Positions 57,013 through 64,000 of a stretch of DNA of 64,000 nt are shown here, one piece after another. The position numbers and the translations under genes are program-made. The stretch's first letter is position 1. Every line of letters begins with the position of its first letter. Source of the stretch: Paraspadella gotoi. Taxonomy: Eukaryota > Animalia > Chaetognatha. The DNA lies in NCBI GenBank assembly GCA_051294375.1, contig CM119267.1, positions 20,337,476 to 20,401,475 of the forward strand. Reading direction: 5' to 3'. Under the pieces are notes generated by a model, which saw only the letters and a list, made by a program, of their open reading frames with translations, was not told where the DNA came from and searched no databases.

Positions 57013-58573
57013 CTTTCAACTCACTTGCGACTCAAAGCAAATCGGTTACGTATCAGTTCCGAGAAACATCTTATACCGTTCCTGCACTTCTGCACTCAAG
57101 TCACGGATAAGTTTCGGTTTACTTTTCGCGAGTCTTTAAGCATATCTGTACAATTACACCAAGGAATAAAACAAAATCGTGAAAACTAGATTCGTTGATA
57201 GAAAAATTAATGTACATTCGAAATAGGAAAGTGACAGCAGGAGCGGAGGCGAGATTTTCGCGACAAATAAAGAAAATCGTTAAAAAAAAAAACTGGAGCG
57301 ACAATCCGACTGACTTATTTCGATCATTTATGCGTGACCCACGCCCCGATTTTCTTGACACTGCTTGCGCGGAAGCTGCTTGAACTTTCAAACAACGTGG
57401 CAAGTGCTCGAAACGAGGAAATTAATGAACTTAAGCTTTTTTATTCTTGGTCTTCTTTTTCCCTATGGAACTCATGCCCGCGGGAGACGTTCTAATTTAG
57501 TATGGGCCATGTTTTGATTACAATTAACGAGAATGAAACTGACCGAGGATCTAGAACAACTGAGCAAAAGCGTCGAGGACGAGCGGTTGGAGAGCGATTG
57601 GTTCATCTTCGGCATGGATTTATAATTGAACAAACCCAGCGATCGCTATCTTCGCTACAAACTCGAATCTGCGGGAAAATGAATCAGAAGCATAACGGCG
57701 GCGGGAACGCGCTTTTTAACTTCTGAAAAACATGTAACTCTTTTACCGAGTTGAAACAGATCTTCGGACTAAAAATGAAAAAAAAAACTAGAATGAGGTC
57801 AAAAAACTAGTATATTTCTAAAAATGCATCGTGAATGAATACAGAAGGAATGTAAATCGTCGAGATTTTGCAACATTCAAAAAAAGTTTAAAAAAAAAAT
57901 AACGCGCGAAAAAAAAACCTCTCGTGACACTATATGTATTGCTCCAGTATAATTTAAAACTGCGATCAATCGATTCATCATTAACGATTCAGAAAACGGG
58001 TGAGGGAAAGGGGGAGAGACAGAATCGGGATGGGAGAAAGTGGGGCAGCAGAGACAGTCCCTTTTCCACGGAGGCAACATCGTTTCCAAGTCGATATTAA
58101 CTCTCGAAACGTTTTCGTCGAAAGCGTCCGGAGCCAAGGTATAAAAAAAACAAAAAAAACAAAAACTGTTTCACATTTTTATATCGAGTACGATATCTTC
58201 TGGAATATATACACAAAGATACGGCATTCGAGATGAAGAAGTAAGGTGAAAAATCCGTAACTCAAAAATGAAGGTCGAGTGAAAAAAAAAATTTTCCCTC
58301 TCGACGAAAGAGAGGATCGACACTGCGCATTTAACGTCGATCGTGACAACTGGTTTGAGAGAAATACAAAAACTTTCTACAACGATCATCATCATCATCA
58401 CTAGCACCAACAAACACAAAAAGTATTCTTCCTAACAAAAAAAAGACAAAGTACGTCTGCGTTTCCCCCCTACTTCATCCTCTCCCCCCTTTTTTGTGGC
58501 CGCTTTCAAAGTGCGTGAATGCGCTGGGGAATCGCGCTGGATGTGTAGACGGGGGATGGAGAAGGTCGCCCGT

Positions 58574-61500
58574 TCACTTCTTGCCCATGGCAGCCTGCTG
58601 GGCGTAGTACTGTTGCCACTGCTGGGCCCAGAGTCTCTGCTGCGGCGTCCAATTGGCGGGGAACTGAGCTGAGCCGGAGCCGGGGGCGGTGGCGCTTCCA
58701 CCGCTACTGCTGCTGCCACTAGTGGCGCCGCTACCGCCGCTTCCACCGCCTGAGTATCCCGCCTGAGAACCAGTCTGATAGGAGGAGCCTTGATTTTGAC
58801 TGAATCCATAACCGTAACCGCTCGCTTGTTGTTGCTGTTGCGGATATTGCTGCTGATATTGGTGGTACTGTTGAAACTGGTTCTGCTGATGATGTTGCTG
58901 TTGGTATCCGTGGTACTGATTGTACTGCTGTTGTTGGTGCTGATAGTTTCCGCTTTGCGATCCGTAGCTGCCGCTTTGGTTGTAGCTGTTGTTTCCGCGG
59001 TTGTAGGATTGCTGGTGATGCTGCTGTTGTTGTTGGTACTGCGGATTATAAGAGTTGCGATCGTCGCGTCGCGGAAATTTGTTATCGTAGCCTCGAGGTC
59101 CGGAGCCGAAGCGAGGAGAGTTGTTGGAGGCGGGGGATCCGAAACGATCGTTGCGGTTGTAGTTGTCTGACACGGATGGAGACATTGCGTCAAAAGACAA
59201 AAAAGGAGAGAAAACGAAGAGCACAGATGATTACTTACTTCGATCGTTTCTATCGTTGAAGCCGCGCTGGCCGCCGCGGAATCCACCGTCTCTTCTGTCT
59301 CGGTTGTTGTAGTCTCGGTTGTTGTAGTCGCGATTATTGTAGTCGCGATTATTGTAGTCTCGGTTGTTGTAGTCACGATTATTGTAGTCCCGATTATTGT
59401 AATCACGACCGTCGCGGTTGTTGTCGTAACGGTTACGGTTCCAACCGCCGCGGTCGTCGCGGAATCGGCTTTGACCTGGCGAGCGGAGAAGAGAGGGGAG
59501 AGGAAAAAAAAGAGATAATGTGGCAAGTTATGCTGCGAGGACGAAACGGATATCGGATAAGACTCAAACTCGGACTGACCCATGTTGGTCTGGCGGAATT
59601 CCCTGGCGGCCTTCAATCCCTCGTCCTTGTATTTGGCGATGAGGAGGTCGCGCTCCTCCTTGTCCTCCAAGCCAATGACGACGAGCTCGTCGAAAACCGA
59701 GTCTTTTTCTCCCGGCGTGGGCACGTCGAAATTCGATTTGATCTCGTTGAGGAGATGCGTGGGGATGTGAAGATCTGTGGAGCATGACGAGGGAGGGGAG
59801 AGTAAATAGACAGACACTTGACAGACAGACAATAGACAGACAGGAGACTTTTTGTCATACTTTTTTCGCTAAGAGTCTTGAGTCTCTCCTGATATTCTTC
59901 GTCTTTGAGCATGAGCAACACCGCTTTTCGTTTGAACCCTTGGAAGGCGTTCATTTTTCGTCTGCCAGGAAAAAAAGATCGAACAAACGTCATTGAATAA
60001 AAAAGAAGGCAGAGTTGCCACACTTATTGATCAAAGGATCAAACGAACCTCTGCGTAGCGTCGTTTGTGCACGACTTGACGTCGAGAATGAAGTTTCGTC
60101 TCTTCGCCGGAGCCAAGTCGAACATCTTAAGCAGGCATTTGTTGGCCTTATCCATGAAGGTTTCTCGCCAATCGTTGCGGTCATTGTAGCGGTCTCGCTG
60201 GCGTTGTTGATCTTTTCAATTAAGGAGTGAAAAAGAGCGATGAGTAAGATAAAGAAGCAACAACGATCTTCCCCTTTCTCTTTTACAAAAAAAGCTCCAC
60301 CACGTTCAACCTCGATTGATAGTGTAGTCTCTCGGGTTTCTGGCTTCTCCTTCGACGGTCATCTTCTGGATCATGGCGTTCATCGAGAGGACGTTGAAGT
60401 GCAAGTCGCGTCCTTCGCCTTTTAAATGATTCTCGACCCAGGTCGTCTTACCTGTTAAAGAAAAAGCATGCATGTGAAAAAGATAAAATATAGAACCCCC
60501 AGATCAGCATTTTACAATTTTAAATGCCTCAATTTCTCCCAGCCACCTACCGACGAAAGGAAGACCCATCACCATGAGGACGGTGCACTCAGAACGTAAG
60601 GCGGGACACGTCGGAGCGCGAACTCTGTTACCGAAAAGGGAAAAAAAAAATCACCAATATATAAAATCGCCGATTTAGCACCATGCATTTTTTTTAAGGT
60701 CTGAAATTTTAACCTGGACTCTTCGGGGATGTTGTGAATGAATTGGAAGTTTTCGGGGAGCGAAAACGCGGCCTCCTTCTGGCCGAAATTCACTTCGACC
60801 ACCACGTTTTTCAAGAGGATGTGCGGAAAAACGGCGGCGTTCTCTGTCGAGGGAAGAGTTCCGTTGTTGAAAATAGCAACAGCAACGGGGTACGTTGAAA
60901 CTTACCCGGAAAGGCGCAGGCTTTGGGGGGTTTACGGACGACGGGCTTGGGCTTCTCGGGTACATGAGGTTTCTGAGAAAAAAAATTGATTAGATTTATT
61001 AAGGGTCGACTTTTGAATAGAATACTACACTATTATTAAAATCAAAATTTTAATACTTACCCACACATCTTGCTGAGCCAAAAACTGCAGGGTGCTTTTA
61101 ATGGAGCCTCCCAGCGTCGTGATCTGTTTCGGCTCCTCCTCCTCGGCCGCCGAAGATTCCGACTCCTTTTTCTCATCCTCTTTTTCCTTAGTCGCTGCTT
61201 CTCCTTTTTCTTCTTCCTTTGTTTCTCCTTCCATCTTTTTTTCTTCTTCTCTCTCGATCTCTCCTTCCACCTTTTTCTCTCCATCTTCAACACTTTCAGC
61301 CACATCCTTTCTCTCCTCTTTCTCCTCCTCATTCCCTTCTTTTTCCTTTTTCTCCTCCTCTTCCGTTTTGGTCTCCTCCTTTTTCTCTTCTTCTCCGGTT
61401 TCGTCGTCGACAGTTTTTTCTTTTCTTTCCTCCGGTTCTCCCGCTTCCTCCATCTTTTCGCAAGCTTCATCCGACTCGGCGGTCTTGCTGGTCTCCGCAT

Positions 61501-64000
61501 CGCCGGCGTCTCCGTTGGTCAAATTCGCTCCTTCCTCCATCTTCTCGTCGTTCTTCTCGGCCTCTGACTTTTTCTCTTCTCCTTCCTCGCTCCTTATCTC
61601 CCCTTCCGTCTCCACTTTCTCAGATTTCTCCCCGTCGTCGCACGTTTTTTCTTCCTCATCCATTCTTTCCTCTTTTTCTTCGTCCTTTTCTTTTTCTTCG
61701 TCGGACTTTTCTTTTTCTTCACACTCTTTTTTCTCTCCCTCCTCTTTCTTTTCTTCCTCCCCTTCTTCCTTTTCTTTCTCCCCTTCTTTCTTCTCTTCCT
61801 CCCCTTCTTTCTTCTCTTCCTCCCCCTCCTTTTCTTCCTCCTCTTCTGCCTCGTCCACCTCGGGAATCTCAAAGGCATCCGCAGCGTGTTCGCCGTTAAC
61901 GAGATAGAAAATTTTTTTGGGCGTGGAGTCGAGATCGAGACAAGCGGTGATGACGTCGTTGATCGCCAGAGGGCGGGAAAGACATTCTTTTAAATTTAAA
62001 GATAAACAAAAAATCAACGGGTCTTCTAAAAAATTAAAAAAAATATATATATATATATATTATACCCGAAAAGAACTTCTGCGAGCATTTTTTTCCGGCC
62101 ATGGTGACGCCGTATGAGTGCTTGTCCTCCCCCAATTGCTGGTCGGAATCCATCGTCGAATATCCGACTCGAACGTCGTGGAGGTTAAGTTCCGGACCGC
62201 GACCGGCTGGAACGGAAAGGTTTTCTCCTTCTATGTAATTTATTCGTTACGACTTCAACGAATCAAGGAGACCTCACCCGAGGAGGCGTGATTGGCGTCC
62301 ATCTTATCGACGACCTTCACTTCGAAGGCGATTTTCCCAGAAGTGACGCCCCAAGTGGCGCGACTGCCCGCGTAGAGATACCCGAACGCTTCAGAGTTAA
62401 GAGGCTTGGCACCGAGACCGTCCTGAAGAAGAGACGAGAAAGTGAAGCCATGAAATGAAAATAAGCCCGTGACGTGACCTTCGCCCCCCCGACTCACCTT
62501 ATCGACGATGAGGTTAAGGTCGCACAGGTATTTGTCCAAGGTCACGTGGGCGGGGTCCACTTCGTCGGGTTCCTCTTCCGGAATAGGGAGTGGAACGTAA
62601 CTGATGATCAGTTTGGAATTTTCAAAAGTCGAGCACATTCAAGAAAAACCCACTCCCAACACCCCTCTAAAAAATACTGACTGATGAGGTTGCGAAATTC
62701 GCTCTCTTTCCCTAGATCGCTCTCGCGTTCGTTCTTTGCTCTTCTCCTCGGAATCGCGAGATTTTTCGCGGCTTCGGTCACGCGATCGACTTCTCTCTTT
62801 GTCCTGCGAGTGATGTAAAAACCAAAATCTCATTTGCATATTGCAGCAATTGTGTTTGATGTATTCAAGATTCGGTATAGTTTCGATAAATTTAAACAAA
62901 TGATACTAACCCCTTCTGGCGAACGACTGCGGTCCCGTTGACGAGAATCCTACCCAAAAAAGAATCAATTAAAATATGTTTCATAATAACATTTATGCAA
63001 AATATAATTTCCGAGTCTCACTTTTTCAGGCGATTTGCTCGTCTTTCCGGGTCGCGACGATTCCGATTTATCCCCCTCTTCCCCCTCGTCCTTTCGCTCC
63101 TTTTCCTCTTCTTTTTCTTTTTCCCCCTCCTCTTCATCTTTTTTCTCCTTTTTGGCGTCGGACTCACGCTCTTGCGACTCTCGCTTCCTTTTTCTATTTT
63201 CGGAGGAACCGCGTTCGCGTCGCTCCTAAACCGTTCCGTAAAAATTATTTGGTAAAATTTCGCCGACCGGGGTTTTAACGTTTTTAAAAAAAATCCCTTA
63301 ATTTATCTATTTTTTAAAAAAAATATTACCTAATAATTAGGCTAATTACCTTAACCCTAAACCCTCTGAAGCCTAACCAGTAACCACCCTTAACCCTCAA
63401 CCACTCTTTAACCCCCCCAAACCCCGGTCGACGAAAGTAAAATTAATCCAATTAATTTTTAAACAAATTAATGAACAAGCAAGTACGTAACACCGGCTTC
63501 GAACCTTAGTAGGAGAAGATTCGGGTGTTGTGAGATCTTTGGAGGTATCTTCCATTGATTCCTCGGTTTCTTCAGTGTTTAAGGGTGCTGTTTCGGCGGC
63601 TGAGAACAATTATTATGATCGTTTACCTTCGCTCGATAAATCTTAAGAAATTTTGGGTCACAAAAACGATATAACTTTATATTCAGCAATCAGCAACTCA
63701 CCTTCGTCTTCGGCCGAGAGATCGTTCTTTTCGGCGCCTTCCACTTTCCCGGCGTCGGTGTATGGGGCCATTTCAACGGGCGTCGTTTCCATGGGTTCCG
63801 GCTCCTCAGTGGCGGGGGCGTCTTGGGTCTCGGTGGCGGAGGCGTCGTCGGTGGCAGCGGCATCGGTTGCCTCGTCGGTTGCCTCGTCGTTAGCGGCGTC
63901 GTTTGCGGCGTCGACGTCTGGAAATGCGTCGACTTCGCGGGCGGCGTCATTGTCAGTACAAGGATCTTGTGACGGATCGGTGCTCTCCTGGGGAACGTTG
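58574..64000 (-). CDS. HNRNPUL1: hnRNP U / hnRNP U-like 1 (SPRY + P-loop NTPase + low-complexity tail); 5' end outside window
   Basis: LDKYLCDL, FGYLYAGSRATWGV..GKIAFEVK, FPHILLKN..VEVNFGQ, MGLPFVGKTTW, RRRNFILD, RRKMNAFQGFKRKAV, WAQQWQQYY tail. Confidence 0.88.
59295..59410 (-). repeat. Coding 15-bp tandem repeat encoding (RDYNN) x~7
   Basis: CGnGACTACAAyAAy units within an exon. Confidence 0.9.
63258..63443. mobile_element. Intronic copy of the TTTCGCCGAC-TIR MITE family
   Basis: TTTCGCCGACCGGGGTTT (63258-63275) / AAACCCCGGTCGACGAAA (63419-63436), 17/18 match; interior CCTTAACCCTAAACCC...CCTAACC. Confidence 0.8.

Noticed and set aside
58432-59832. 466-aa ORF as a separate protein
   Set aside because: Runs through introns and into an alternative frame of the hnRNPU-like tail.

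Overview
Eukaryotic (metazoan-type) genomic DNA with GC/CpG-rich exons and mostly 55-100 nt AT-rich introns; nothing prokaryotic. From ~6250 to 64000, 13 consecutive spliced genes all lie on the minus strand. In transcription order they are: hnRNPU/UL1-like (5' partial), ALG6, INTS13/asunder, DCUN1D4/5, TTLL7, PYCR, a single-domain WCGHC thioredoxin, WDR26, NR2C2AP, ATG14, a large orphan protein, an ABCC/MRP transporter and a secreted chitin-binding protein. Several stop-to-start gaps are only 190-390 bp, which suggests operon-like transcription with trans-splicing. The first 6.6 kb is a large, indel-rich inverted repeat carrying two mirror copies of a divergent RhoGDI missed by the ORF track; it is probably a fold-back assembly artefact. 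Also notable: a spliced AUG-less extension of WDR26, uORFs on ATG14, a ~300-aa acidic insertion in the hnRNPU SPRY domain, a MITE with telomere-like interior, and strand-biased stem-loop islands (candidate ncRNAs). Gene models were spliced by eye and names come from recalled motifs, not database searches.
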